Notes under the pieces: generated by a model
The model's database searches: none
What the model was told of the DNA's origin: nothing
The model's input: only the letters and a program-made list of their open reading frames with translations
Assembly: GCA_963754875.1 (NCBI GenBank)
Contig: CAVWHO010000020.1
Location: forward strand, 224,001 to 288,000
Source of the DNA: Nitrospirota bacterium
Lineage (GTDB): Bacteria > Nitrospirota > UBA9217
Reading direction: 5' to 3'
Length of the DNA stretch: 64,000 bases
Translations under genes and position numbers: made by a program
Part shown: in pieces, positions 16,779 to 29,262 of the stretch
Numbering within the stretch: the first letter of the stretch is position 1
Layout of the letters: each line of letters begins with the position of its first letter

Positions 16779-17951
16779 ATGGTTGCTATTTGCAAGGAGA
16801 GATATATGCTGTTTGCCGGTATTGTCCTTGCCGGATTCATTCTCGTCGCAGGAGGCCCGATGTCAGCCAGTGCAGCTGAGAAGGGGGTCACGGACCATGA
16901 GATCGTGATCGGAATGTCAAATGCACTAACCGGCCCGGCATCGGCCCTCGGCAGCGGAGTCAAAGCCGGGGCCATGGCGTATTTCAAAATGATCAACGAT
17001 GCCGGTGGGGTGAATGGCCGTAAGATCAAACTTCTTAGTTATGACGATGGGTACGAACCGAAGAGGACGGTTGAGAATACGAACAAACTGATTGCCGAGG
17101 ACAAAGTCTTCGCCCTCTTCGGTTACGTCGGGACGCCGACGTCGTCGGCTATTCTGCCGGCCGTCAATAAGGAAAAGATCGTGTACTGGAGTCCCTTTAC
17201 TGGAGCTGAGTTCCTGCGTACGCCGGTAAGCAAAACAATTTTCAACGTGCGGGGAAGCTACTTTGATGAGGCGGAGACACAGGTAAAATACCTGACTGAG
17301 AAATTGGGAAAAAGCAGAATCGGCGTGTTTATCCAGAATGACGCCTACGGCCTGGCAGTCAAGGGAGGCGTCGCAAAAGCGCTTAAGAGCCGTCACCTGG
17401 ACATTGTTGGAGAGGGCACATACGAACGGAACACCGAAAACGTCGATGCCGGTCTGGCCAGCCTCAAGCCTTCTCATCCAGATGCGGTCATTATGGTGGG
17501 AACCTACAAGGCCATGGCTGCTTTTATAAAAAAGGCGAAAGCGCAGGGGTTCAACCCGCTCTTTCTGAATGTCTCCTTTGTGGGCACAGCGGCGCTGGTC
17601 AGGGAACTTGGCAACGAAGGAGAGGGCGTGATGATTACCCAGGTCATGCCGTCCCCTCATGACAGTTCGCTGGCCATTATCCGTCAGTACCAGAAGAACC
17701 TGAAAGCTGCGGGCCGCCAGGAATTGGATTATACCGATCTCGAAGGATATATCGATGCAGTCGCATTCGTTGAGGTGTTGAAGAAGGTGAACGGCCCGCT
17801 GACGCAGGACTCTTTCATTGCTGCGGCGGAGAAGCTGAACGTGACCACCGGCGGGCTGACATTCGCTTTTTCGCCATCGAATCATCAGGCCATGTCAAAA
17901 ATTTACCTGACGAAAATAGCAGGTACGAAGGTAGTTGATGTCAAGCACTAA
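16779..17951 (+). CDS. Periplasmic ligand-binding protein (type 1 PBP, LivJ-like)
   Basis: GMSNALTGP, INDAGGVNGRKI, DDGYEP, GYVGTPT; SD ggagg. Confidence 0.88.
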   Translation: MVAICKERYMLFAGIVLAGFILVAGGPMSASAAEKGVTDHEIVIGMSNALTGPASALGSGVKAGAMAYFKMINDAGGVNGRKIKLLSYDDGYEPKRTVENTNKLIAEDKVFALFGYVGTPTSSAILPAVNKEKIVYWSPFTGAEFLRTPVSKTIFNVRGSYFDEAETQVKYLTEKLGKSRIGVFIQNDAYGLAVKGGVAKALKSRHLDIVGEGTYERNTENVDAGLASLKPSHPDAVIMVGTYKAMAAFIKKAKAQGFNPLFLNVSFVGTAALVRELGNEGEGVMITQVMPSPHDSSLAIIRQYQKNLKAAGRQELDYTDLEGYIDAVAFVEVLKKVNGPLTQDSFIAAAEKLNVTTGGLTFAFSPSNHQAMSKIYLTKIAGTKVVDVKH

Positions 17952-17964
17952 GGAGGACTTTTCT

Positions 17965-19482
17965 GTGAGTACGCATCGAGGACAACAGGCAGCGTCCGCG
18001 CCGCAAGAACGCACAGGTACCCGGAAGCAGTCGATCGGTAAAACGTTTCAGCTTTCCAGCCTGATTTTCGTGGTTTCGCTGGTGTCTATTTTGGCACTCA
18101 TCGGTTTCAAGACGACGCGGGATCAAATTCGGGAACAGATGGATGCGCGAGGGGACGCCATGGTGAAATATATGGCGAAGACGAGCATTTACTATTATCG
18201 TAACTTCGACCTCGGTGCGCTCGACGGGTTTGTCAAGGAGATCATTAAAACGCCGGACGTCGTCTACGCCGTGTACTACGACGAAAAGAAAAATCCCGTC
18301 ACCATCTCGTCGAAAGAGCCGGCGAGCACGTCGGACCTCCTGATTTATGAAACGCCGGTGAAAGACGAGGCCGATAACCTTTTGGGCTACCTCTCGCTCG
18401 GGTACAGCAAGCGGGCCCTCATGGTAAGCGCACGGAAATCTTTTCTCATCATGGGGGTCAGCACGATCCTGGCACTGCTCGTGGTCGCTCTCGGCGTCCG
18501 TTATCTGATCAACAGGGTCGTTGTGCGGCCGATCAAGCAGGCAGTGACTGCGGCCGAACGGCTATCTCGCGGCGACCTTGCAGTGGCGATCGAGATTGAG
18601 AAGCAGGATGAATTGGGATATCTCCTGACAGTCATGCAAACGATGGTGGTCAAGCTCAGGTCGGTTGTGACCACCGTGAAGACGACGACCGACCACGTGG
18701 CATCGGGGAGCCAGTCGGTGCAGGCCAGCGCCGAACAGGTGTCTCAGGGGGCCTCCGAGCAAGCTGCTGAGGCCGAGCAGGTTTCGGCGTCCATGGAACA
18801 GATGGCTTCGAATATCGGACACAATGCCGAGAATGCCCGTGAAACAGAGAAGATCGCATTACAGGCTGCACAAGCGGCCCAGGAGGGAGGTCGGGCCGTG
18901 TCATTGACCGTATCAGCCATGAAGGAGATCGCCGGCAAGATAGGCATCATTGAGGAAATCGCCCGCCAGACGAACTTGCTGGCCCTCAACGCGGCGATCG
19001 AGGCCGCGCGCGCAGGGGAACACGGCAAGGGCTTCGCGGTCGTTGCGACGGAAGTAAGGAGACTTGCGGAGAAGAGCCACACCGCGGCCATCGAGATTCG
19101 GGATGTATCGGCCTCCAGCGTAGAAGTCTCCGAGAGAGCGGGGGAACTTCTGTCAAAGATCGTACCGGATATCCAGAAAACTGCCGGATTGGTCCAGGAG
19201 ATTTCCAGCGCCAGCAGCGAGCAGAAGATCGGAGTTGAACAGATTCGCAGTGCGGTGTCTCAGATGGATATGCTGATCCAGCAATTCGCAGGCACCGCAG
19301 GATCCATGTCCTCGACTGCCGAGGAGTTGGCTTCCCATGCGGAACAACTGCAACAGGCGATCGCGTTTTTTGCGATCGGTACGAAACAGACAAAGATTGC
19401 CGAAAGCCGGTTTACGGCGTATCCCATTGCGGGAAAGGAGGGAATGCCGCTTTCGTCTGAGGTCGATGTGAGGGTGGCGTAA
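17965..19482 (+). CDS. Methyl-accepting chemotaxis protein (2 TM, HAMP)
   Basis: IARQTNLLALNAAIEAARAGEHGKGFAVVA; GTG start after aaggagg. Confidence 0.93.
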   Translation: MSTHRGQQAASAPQERTGTRKQSIGKTFQLSSLIFVVSLVSILALIGFKTTRDQIREQMDARGDAMVKYMAKTSIYYYRNFDLGALDGFVKEIIKTPDVVYAVYYDEKKNPVTISSKEPASTSDLLIYETPVKDEADNLLGYLSLGYSKRALMVSARKSFLIMGVSTILALLVVALGVRYLINRVVVRPIKQAVTAAERLSRGDLAVAIEIEKQDELGYLLTVMQTMVVKLRSVVTTVKTTTDHVASGSQSVQASAEQVSQGASEQAAEAEQVSASMEQMASNIGHNAENARETEKIALQAAQAAQEGGRAVSLTVSAMKEIAGKIGIIEEIARQTNLLALNAAIEAARAGEHGKGFAVVATEVRRLAEKSHTAAIEIRDVSASSVEVSERAGELLSKIVPDIQKTAGLVQEISSASSEQKIGVEQIRSAVSQMDMLIQQFAGTAGSMSSTAEELASHAEQLQQAIAFFAIGTKQTKIAESRFTAYPIAGKEGMPLSSEVDVRVA

Positions 19483-19667
19483 ACTCGCTCTGCCTGTTTT
19501 TTACTCTCTTCATCACGGCGGGCGACGAACCGGCTGGGCACGCTCGCGGCGCAACTTGGTTCGTGCTCGGACCGGTCTTTTCCGCTTCGGAAGGCCTCTT
19601 GACTGCGCTGCGTCGATAGTTTAAAACTTGAAAAAAAAACATAAATCGGGTAAAGTCTCCAGTACTT

Positions 19668-20897
19668 ATGACGGAAACGGAGACACAACCCGCAGGCTGG
19701 CGCAAGGGGCTCACGCGAAACGTCGTGATCCTCGGCTTCGTCAGCCTTCTGAACGACGGCGCATCCGAGATGATCTATCCGCTGCTGCCGGTCTTTCTCA
19801 CGTCGGTGCTCGGAGCGGGGCCGGCGGCGCTTGGCGTGATCGAAGGGATCGCAGAGTCGACCGCATCATTGCTTAAGCTCTACTCCGGGTATGTCTCGGA
19901 CCGGGTGAAGAAGCGCAAAGGATGGATCGTTGCCGGTTATTCCATCTCGAACATCATTCGGCCGCTCATAGCGTTTTCTACGTCATGGCTCCACGTCCTT
20001 GCGCTTCGTTTCTCCGATCGCGTGGGGAAGGGGCTCCGGACTTCGCCGCGCGACGCAATCATTGCCGATTCGACACCCGCGGAATTCCGGGGTAAAGCGT
20101 ACGGGTTTCACCGTGCCATGGACCACAGCGGCGCAATCATCGGACCTCTTGCCGCGACAGCCCTGCTCCTTGTCTATCACGACAACCTGAAAACCATATT
20201 TCTGCTTTCCGTCATTCCTGGCGTTCTCGCCGTCGGCATGCTGCTTTTCGGACTCAAAGAAAAACCGGCGGAAGCCCCGAAATCCGCTGCCCCCGCGGCG
20301 GTGTTTAATTTCCGTTCTTCACTCCGTGAAATGCCGGGAGGTTTCCAAAAATTTCTCATTATCGTACTCGTTTTTACGCTCGGCAACTCAACCGATGCAT
20401 TCTTGCTGCTTCGGGCGCAGCAGCTCGGCGTTCCGGTCACGCTCCTTCCCCTGATCTGGGTAGTACTCCATATCGTCAAGATGATATCCTCGGTCCCCGG
20501 CGGGACCCTCTCGGACCGCATCGGCAGAAAGAAGGTGATTGTCGCCGGGTACGTTGTTTATGCTTTGGTATACGCCGGGTTCGGTGCAGCGACCCAGCAT
20601 TGGCATGCGTGGACGCTCTTCGGCCTGTACGGCATTTATTTCGGCTTTACCGAAGGCGTTGAGAAGGCGCTCGTGGCTGATTTTGCTCCCGTGCATTTAC
20701 GGGGATCGGCCTTCGGTCTCTATCATTTGGTCGTCGGTGCCGGCGCCTTTCCGGCGTCCTTGTTGTTCGGGTTCGTCTGGCAGCGTTTCGGCTCAGCCTC
20801 GGCCTTCGGAATGGGCGCGGGCCTTGCATTGCTGGCGGGCGTGATGCTTTCGGCCCTGGTCGTGAGGAAGCCGGGGGAAAACATCGCCCCTCAGTGA
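19668..20897 (+). CDS. MFS transporter
   Basis: SEMIYPLLP, DRVGKGLRTSPRDA, LSDRIGRK; multiple hydrophobic segments. Confidence 0.9.
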   Translation: MTETETQPAGWRKGLTRNVVILGFVSLLNDGASEMIYPLLPVFLTSVLGAGPAALGVIEGIAESTASLLKLYSGYVSDRVKKRKGWIVAGYSISNIIRPLIAFSTSWLHVLALRFSDRVGKGLRTSPRDAIIADSTPAEFRGKAYGFHRAMDHSGAIIGPLAATALLLVYHDNLKTIFLLSVIPGVLAVGMLLFGLKEKPAEAPKSAAPAAVFNFRSSLREMPGGFQKFLIIVLVFTLGNSTDAFLLLRAQQLGVPVTLLPLIWVVLHIVKMISSVPGGTLSDRIGRKKVIVAGYVVYALVYAGFGAATQHWHAWTLFGLYGIYFGFTEGVEKALVADFAPVHLRGSAFGLYHLVVGAGAFPASLLFGFVWQRFGSASAFGMGAGLALLAGVMLSALVVRKPGENIAPQ

Positions 20898-21072
20898 GGA
20901 AAGGAGACGGGGCAGCCGAGGTTGCCGTCTCCGACCCTGGTGCGAGGACTGTGTTTTCTCTCCCGTGCCGGCCTTTTTCGTCTGATGGCCATCAAGAGCG
21001 GGCATCAATTTCCCAACGCGATTGCCTGAGTGCCGTATCCGACAGGAATACTAGTCCCGATGGTTGTGAACT

Positions 21073-21630
21073 ATGCAAAATATTATAAAACTCTTGGCAT
21101 TTCTGTCAGCATCGATCGTAATCGTCCGCTTTTCACGTCTTTCTATGCGGAGTACCCGCTTTCACGGTTTTTACCGGTTTTTTGTCTGGGAATTCCTCTC
21201 AGCGCTCATTGTGCTGAATATCCAGTATTCGTTTCACAAGCCTGCAAGTGCGTACCAGATCATTTCGAAGTTTTGTCTTATTGTTTCGCTGCTCCTGGCA
21301 ATTCACGGGTTTCAGTTGCTGCGCAAGATCGGGAAGCCGGACAACCGGCGGTCGGACCCCGCCCTGTTCTGGGTCGAGAAAACGACCGTGCTGGTTGCTG
21401 AGGGGGCGTATCGATATATCCGGCACCCGCTTTATTGTTCGCTCATTTTTTTGACGACAGGAACATATCTTGAGTCCCCGACTAAGGCGGCCGGAGCACT
21501 GGCACTTCTGACGTTACTCAGTTTAATCATTGCTGCCAAGGTGGAAGAAAACGAGAATATTCAATTTTTCGGCGCTTCGTACCGAGAATACATGAAGCGG
21601 ACCAGGATGTTCATCCCTTTCGTGATTTGA
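21073..21630 (+). CDS. Isoprenylcysteine carboxylmethyltransferase (ICMT/PEMT) family membrane protein
   Basis: GAYRYIRHPLY, EE..N..FFG..Y..YMKRT..FIP. Confidence 0.85.
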   Translation: MQNIIKLLAFLSASIVIVRFSRLSMRSTRFHGFYRFFVWEFLSALIVLNIQYSFHKPASAYQIISKFCLIVSLLLAIHGFQLLRKIGKPDNRRSDPALFWVEKTTVLVAEGAYRYIRHPLYCSLIFLTTGTYLESPTKAAGALALLTLLSLIIAAKVEENENIQFFGASYREYMKRTRMFIPFVI

Positions 21631-21691
21631 CCGGCAATTTCACGAGATTGAACTAATGGCGTCAACCGGCACCAAAAAGAAAGAGGTCTTT

Positions 21692-22293
21692 ATGGGAACC
21701 TATACCGTAGCCATCAGCGGCGCAAGCGGAGCGCCTTATGCGCTCAGGCTGCTCCAGGTGCTGATTAAAAGCGGCCACTCTGTGAATCTCTCGATCTCGG
21801 GAGATGGGCTGTCGATCCTGAAGGATGAAACGGGTCTCATGCTCAAGGGTACTGAGACGGACATCCGGTTTTCACTTGGAGAGGCACCTCGATGCGAAAG
21901 AAGGGCAGATCAGTTATTTCGATGAGAACAACATGTACGCGGCAATCGCAAGCGGCTCCAACAAGGTGGATGCCATGGTGGTGATCCCCTGTTCCATGAA
22001 GACGCTTTCCGCCATTGCCCACGGCTATGCATCGACGTTGATCGAACGCGCGGCAGATGTAACACTCAAGGAACAACGCAAACTCATCCTTGTCCCGCGC
22101 GAGACGCCGCTTTCCGCCATTCATCTCCGGAATATGCTGACGCTTGCTGAACTCGGATGCTGCTATTATTCCCGCAATGCCGGCGTTTTACCAGCATCCC
22201 AAGACGGTCGCGGATATGGTCGATTTTATCGTAGGGCGCGTGCTTGATGCTATGGGGATCGAAAACGATTTGTCGCGGCGCTGGGGCATGTAA
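21692..22293 (+). CDS. ubiX: Flavin prenyltransferase UbiX (two apparent frameshifts)
   Basis: [42 protein letters not shown] across three frames. Confidence 0.82.
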
Positions 22294-22416
22294 AATATTT
22301 GCGTGAGGCAGGTTGGACGCTGCGTTCTTGCACCACATCCTCCTGCAGGCTCGGTCCTCCGCGCTGCGTCTTCTCGTCCTGCTCCTGGGGCCCGCCCCTT
22401 GTTACGCTGCTTCCGA

Positions 22417-22806
22417 TTAATGAAGGGCCGCCTTGACGAGGTGTTCGAACTCCTTTTTCCCGATCGGCTTATTGATGTACTCGAACACACCAAGACTCAG
22501 CGAACGGAAATAATTTTCTATGTCGCCATGGGCGGTCATCATGATGACCGGAATCGAAGGCCGGACCTGCCGGAGGGTCGTTACAAGATCGAGGCCGTTC
22601 ATATCGGGCATGCGATAATCGGTGATCACGAGGTCGATCGGAACGCCCTGACGGATGACGGTAAGCGCGGATAGTCCGTCCGGTTTAACAATGACGTTGT
22701 ACCCCATGTCGCTCAGTACTTCGCTGAATGTTCTTCTCGCTTCCGTTTCGTCATCCACGAACAAGATCGTCTTGCAGCTGCTATTCACCTTAGTTTCCGC
22801 ATTCAT
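22417..22806 (-). CDS. Single-domain response regulator
   Basis: ILFVDDE, DLVITDYRMPDMNG, MTAHG, YINKP. Confidence 0.9.
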   Translation of the reverse strand: MNAETKVNSSCKTILFVDDETEARRTFSEVLSDMGYNVIVKPDGLSALTVIRQGVPIDLVITDYRMPDMNGLDLVTTLRQVRPSIPVIMMTAHGDIENYFRSLSLGVFEYINKPIGKKEFEHLVKAALH

Positions 22807-23108
22807 GCAATTTCCCCCACTAGACCCCGGGTTGCTTCCGCAAACGTGACGATCCGGCAACCGGAATACAATTAAAGCCTTATTTATTTTATTACACTTG
22901 GCGGAAATAAAAGTCAACACGGATGCGATAAAAATTAATCATACCCATGCTAATAGCGACTAAAGAAGCAGTAAAGTTTTTCGATCAGGATAGTTTTCGA
23001 AGGGAGGGATTGCTTGCAGATGGCCCGCGGTGCAACTCCTTGCATGGCTGAATCTGTTATACTAAATACAGAACCCAGGGATAGGCATAAAAACGTGGGG
23101 AAGACCGA

Positions 23109-24809
23109 ATGAAAACATCAGCTGCTGAAGATCCTGAAATGAAATGTGTCGGAGAAGCAGCGAACATGGTCGATCAGAATTATCGGCTCGTCTTCGATTC
23201 GGCAGCTGACGGCATATTGCTCGTAGACGCTGATACCGGAGAAATCACGAATGTAAACCGTACTTTTGTGAAGCTGTCCGGCTATCCTCTCGATGAGGTT
23301 TTGGGAAAAAAGCTCTGGGAGATCGCAGCACTAAGAGCTACTGACACAAAATTCATTCTCGCTCAGATCAGGGAGGGACGGAAACGTGTTTATTCGGCCG
23401 ACCAGCAGATCGAAACACGTGACGGGAAACAGGTTAACGCTGAAATCCTGTGCAGTGTTTACGTTGCTGGGAGCGGCAAAGTAATCCAGTGCAACATCCG
23501 AGACGTAACGGAACGGAAATCGATAGAGCGGGCGCGGCCCAGATCAGAAGATCAGTTTCGCCGCATATTTGAAGGAAATCCGCAGCCGATGTGGATATTC
23601 GAGGGGGATTCTCTCGCCTTTCTGGCCTTGAATGACGCGGCAATCCAGATGTTCGGCTATTCGCGGGAAGAATTCATCACCATGACCATGCACAACGTAC
23701 TCAGTCCCTCGGAAGTTCCCGACTTTCTCGATAGTATCGGGAATGTCCACTCGCCGCTCCTGAAGCCCGATGTCTGGCACCTGCGAAGAAATAACGGTGA
23801 AGCGATAGAAGTTGAGATTGCATCGAATGAACTTCCATTTAACGGCAGGAAGGCCCGCTTTGTTGTGGCGACGGACGTTACGGCGCAGAAACAGGCGGAG
23901 CAACTGCTGAGGGAGAGCCGGCGGCTTCTCCAGGAAATGCTGAACGCGTTGCCGATCGGGGTCATGCTGACGGAAAGCACGGGGAACATCATCATCAAGA
24001 ACCCGGCAATGAAGCAGATCTGGGGAGGTGAACAAAGCTTCGGGAGGGACCGGTACGACGAATACAAGGGCCATTGGTCGGATTCGGGAAAAGAGATTGC
24101 AGCCAAAGAATGGGCTGTTACGCGGGCATTGCTTGAGGGGAAAACAACTCTCGATGAAATGATCGACATCAATATCTTCGATGGGACTCATAAAACGATT
24201 TTGTACTCCGCTGTCCCACTGAAGGATTCCGGAGGGAATATTGCGGGCGCCATTGTTGTGAATCAGGACATTACCGAGCGCAGACGCCAGGAAGAAGAAC
24301 TGAAACGGGTGCACGCCCTGCTGGAGCGCCAGGCGACCACCGATACGCTTACCGGCATTTTCAACAGGCTAAAATTCAACGAGTTGCTGGACATCGAAAT
24401 ACGGGGGGCTATGCGGTACAGGCATCCTTTGTCGTTGATCATGTTCGATATTGACCATTTCAAGTCCATTAATGATACCTATGGCCACTTGGTCGGCGAT
24501 GCCGTACTGAAGGAGATCACCAGCCTGGTAACGGGCAACATCAGAAACGTGGATGTTTTCGCACGCTGGGGAGGGGAAGAATTTGTCATCCTCTCGCCGG
24601 ACAGCTCGTTGAAAGCCGCGAACCAGGTGGCGGAAAAACTGAGGCGATTGATCGAGGTGTCGTCTTTCAGTAGCCCGTGCAAGGTAACGGTCAGCTTCGG
24701 ATTAGCGCAGTTCCAAGAGGACGATGTGGCTAACAGTTTCCTGAATCGGGCGGATGCAGCCCTCTACAGGGCAAAAAGCCTCGGCAGGAATCGGGTTGAA
24801 CCGTGCTGA
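23109..24809 (+). CDS. PAS-PAS-PAS diguanylate cyclase
   Basis: Three PAS repeats; DTLTG, DIDHFKSINDTYGH, RWGGEEF. Confidence 0.92.
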   Translation: MKTSAAEDPEMKCVGEAANMVDQNYRLVFDSAADGILLVDADTGEITNVNRTFVKLSGYPLDEVLGKKLWEIAALRATDTKFILAQIREGRKRVYSADQQIETRDGKQVNAEILCSVYVAGSGKVIQCNIRDVTERKSIERARPRSEDQFRRIFEGNPQPMWIFEGDSLAFLALNDAAIQMFGYSREEFITMTMHNVLSPSEVPDFLDSIGNVHSPLLKPDVWHLRRNNGEAIEVEIASNELPFNGRKARFVVATDVTAQKQAEQLLRESRRLLQEMLNALPIGVMLTESTGNIIIKNPAMKQIWGGEQSFGRDRYDEYKGHWSDSGKEIAAKEWAVTRALLEGKTTLDEMIDINIFDGTHKTILYSAVPLKDSGGNIAGAIVVNQDITERRRQEEELKRVHALLERQATTDTLTGIFNRLKFNELLDIEIRGAMRYRHPLSLIMFDIDHFKSINDTYGHLVGDAVLKEITSLVTGNIRNVDVFARWGGEEFVILSPDSSLKAANQVAEKLRRLIEVSSFSSPCKVTVSFGLAQFQEDDVANSFLNRADAALYRAKSLGRNRVEPC

Positions 24810-25220
24810 AAGATAGGAGAATGGCTTTCGCTGTCGGAAAGCGCGAATTACCCGGCCGGTTCGTTAATTACTTTATATTCCAGCTCGCTGAGTGCTTCGG
24901 TCACTATTTCCCCGTTCCCGGATCGTTCTTCACGAGTGAGGATCGTTTTTGCATTGATGATATTTTCGCTTGCGGTTCTCATGCTCTCCCTTTTCCTGAC
25001 TCCAGCTTTCCTGGTAACAAATAATTATAGAAGAGCAAATACAGTGCCATTTGTTTGTTCCCGAGCATCATTACCGCATGTCGCTGAAATGTCGAAGAAG
25101 TTTATAAACGGTATATGGACTATTTCGGGAAAAAGATGAAAGATGACGGAACTGGCGTCTGTCCGATGGACGCTGGTCGTTTGCCTGAAGGGGCTGCGTC
25201 GTCAATTGACCGTCTGCCAT

Positions 25221-25676
25221 TTACGCGTTGAATTCCGTGCCGCCGCTCTCGCCGAGGTTTTTTATCCAGGTGTCGATCATAGACGAATCCTGTTTTGCAA
25301 TCACGTCCTCCTCAACGAAGACGGGTGCCCCGATGCGGATTGCGATGGCGATCGCGTCGCTGGGCCGGGAATCGATATGGAACTCCTTGTTGTTGTGGAG
25401 CAGATAGAGCGATGCGTAGAAGGTGTTTTCGATCAGGTCGCTGATGACCACGCGGGCGATTTCAACTTCCAGGCGGTCGAACATGCTGACGATCAGGTCA
25501 TGGGTGAGAGGGCGGGCGGCTTTGACGTTGCTCAACGCCATGGCTATGGAGTTGCCCTCCGCTGCCCCGATCCAGATAGGGAGTATCTTTTTCCCTGATT
25601 CATCCTTCAGCACCACAATGTAACTGCTGTTCCGGCTGTCGAAAAGAATCGTATTAACATTCATCTGGACCCACAT
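25221..25676 (-). CDS. Bifunctional nuclease family protein (DUF151)
   Basis: LPIWIG..E, RPLTHDL, IDSRPSDAIAIA. Confidence 0.9.
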   Translation of the reverse strand: MWVQMNVNTILFDSRNSSYIVVLKDESGKKILPIWIGAAEGNSIAMALSNVKAARPLTHDLIVSMFDRLEVEIARVVISDLIENTFYASLYLLHNNKEFHIDSRPSDAIAIAIRIGAPVFVEEDVIAKQDSSMIDTWIKNLGESGGTEFNA

Positions 25677-25806
25677 TGCGTCACCCCGATTGTGATAATA
25701 AAATACCACACCCTAAATGGCAAGTAAAGGGATTATTTTATTGACATTTTTCAAAGATACGATATACTTTCTTGCCTGAAAACTGCGGGGGAAATGCTGA
25801 CCATTC

Positions 25807-27471
25807 ATGAAGCAAACGCTGACCGAAATCCTGCTCCAAGCCCTCGGTAGGGCTAAAGAAAAAGGCGAACTAAAGCTCGAAACGCAACCGGCAATTTCGC
25901 TCGATACGCCCCGGGACAAAAGCCACGGCGACCTTGCCACGACCCTTGCCATGACTTTGGCAAAACCCGAAGCCAAAGCACCGCGTAAAATCGCCGAGAT
26001 CATCGTCAGCAATATCCAGGATGAAGATGGGATCATCGAAAAAACCGATATAGCGGGCCCAGGTTTCATCAATTTTGTCTTCAGGCAAGACCGCTGGAAA
26101 AAGACGCTCTTTGAAATAGATGCTGACGGCGACGCCTATGGTCTTCAAAATATCGGCAAGGGTGAGAAGGTCCTCGTCGAATTCGTGAGTGCGAATCCCA
26201 CAGGGCCGCTTCACGTCGGCCACGGACGCGGCGCTGCAGTGGGAGATGCGCTCGCAAATCTGCTGGCAGCCGTGGGGTATGATGTCGCGCGGGAGTTTTA
26301 TATAAATGATGCCGGAAGACAGATACGTCTTCTCGCGCTGTCCGTGTACGCACGGTACCAGCAGGCGCTCGGCAAAGAATTTCCGTTCCCCGAGGACGGT
26401 TACCACGGCAGCTATATCGAGGAGATCGCCCAGGAATTTTTAAAGGTCCATGGCAATACCTTCCTGAATGTCCCTTTTGAAAAGTGCGAGCGCCAGTTCG
26501 GAGATTACAGCAAGGACGCCATGCTCGCCGATATCCGGACCGACTTGGAGGCTTTCGGCGTCCGATTCGACACGTGGTTCAGCGAGGCTTCGCTTCTTTC
26601 AGACGGATCGGTACAGCGCTCTCTCGACGAATTGATGGAGAGCCGGAACCTCTACGAGCAGGACGGGGCGTTGTGGCTTCGTTCCACTGCGTACGGTGAT
26701 GATAAAGACCGGGTTGTGGTGAAGAAGGACAAGAGCTACACTTATCTGGCAACGGACATCTCCTATCACCGGAACAAGCTGGCCCGGGGGTTCAAAACGC
26801 TCGTCAATGTCTGGGGAGCCGACCATCACGGCTACATTCCTCGCGTACAGGCTGTGATCCAGGCCTTCGGGCATTCCAGGGATTCGCTCCACGTCGTGCT
26901 CGTACAGCTGGTGGCAATACTGAGGCACGGCAAGCCGGTGCCCATGTCCAAGCGGGCAGGGACGTTCGTGACGCTCCGGGACGTGGTCCAGGATGTAGGA
27001 AGCGATGCTGCACGATACATTTTCCTCACGCGGCGCTCGGACAGCCACCTGGACTTTGACCTCGATATCGCCAAGGAACAGTCCCGGGAGAACCCGGTCT
27101 ACTATGTACAGTACGCGCATGCGAGGTTGGCGAGCCTGTTCCGCGAGGCGGAAACGAGAAATATAGCGATGCCCAAAGGCGATGCAGTCGATCTGTCGCT
27201 GCTCGACCTCGAGGAAGAGCAGAACCTCATCAAGATGCTTGCAAAATATCCCGAGGTCGTCGAAGAAGCCGTGTTGTCCTATGAGCCGCACCGGCTTGAC
27301 GTTTTATCTTCAGGACCTGGCCGGGCTGCTGCATAACTATTATTTCAAACACCGGGTGATCACCGAGGATATGGCCCGGACGGCAATAAGCTGTTTCTCA
27401 TGAAGCAGGTCAAGACCGTGATCCAGAGCGCGCTCACGATACTCGGCGTCAAAGCGCCGGAGAGAATGTGA
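25807..27471 (+). CDS. argS: Arginine--tRNA ligase (apparent frameshifts near 27300 and 27390)
   Basis: VEFVSANPTGPLHVGHGR, WGADHHGY, MSKRAG, YVQYAHAR; C-terminus ...LGVKAPERM recovered in another frame. Confidence 0.93.
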
Positions 27472-27570
27472 AAACAACAGGAGATAGGAGCCAGCTGTCA
27501 GAAGACAGAAGAACGGAACAGGCATTCGTGATCTTTTTCATCCTGGCTTCCGACTCCTGAAATCTGCTGA

Positions 27571-28710
<1,140 letters not shown>

Positions 28711-28789
28711 AGCACCGTGATGAACCGGGGTTTTTCATGTGTGCATCCTGCATCGTGCACAGAACCCATATTTCAAGGAGGAGCAGATC

Positions 28790-29128
28790 ATGTTTATCGC
28801 AACAGCATATGCAATGGGAGCACCGGGCGGTGCCGCAGCCCCGGGGGGTGGCGGAGGAGGATATTCGAGCCTCATCATGATGGCCGTCATTTTCGCGATC
28901 TTCTATTTCATCCTGATCCGGCCGCAGCAAAAAAAGATGAAAGAACACAAGAAGATGGTCGAAGATCTGAAAAAAGGCGACCGGATCGTTACCTCCGGCG
29001 GCATGTATGCCACGGTCGAGAACGCCACGCCTGACACACTGACGGTCAAGATTGCCGAAGGCGTCAAAGTGAAGATCACGCGCGGGTCCGTCGGCGCGGT
29101 GGTGAAGCCCGAAGAAGAAAAAGAATAG
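28790..29128 (+). CDS. yajC: Preprotein translocase subunit YajC
   Basis: FYFILIRPQQKK, LKKGD.IVTSGG; tgt-yajC-secD-secF synteny. Confidence 0.95.
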   Translation: MFIATAYAMGAPGGAAAPGGGGGGYSSLIMMAVIFAIFYFILIRPQQKKMKEHKKMVEDLKKGDRIVTSGGMYATVENATPDTLTVKIAEGVKVKITRGSVGAVVKPEEEKE

Positions 29129-29262
29129 AACACCCGTAAAGCTTTCTTACCCAAAGGTCGCAGAAGAAATGTCCAGATACGGCATTCAGGATTCACTATG
29201 CTGAGTTCTCGGCGATCTCCAGGTAAAAATTTTGAACTAAGAATCAGCAGGAGGCAAGGATA

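Noticed and set aside
19490..19625. GC-rich intergenic stretch as an ncRNA
   Set aside because: No recognisable family motif, promoter or terminator.
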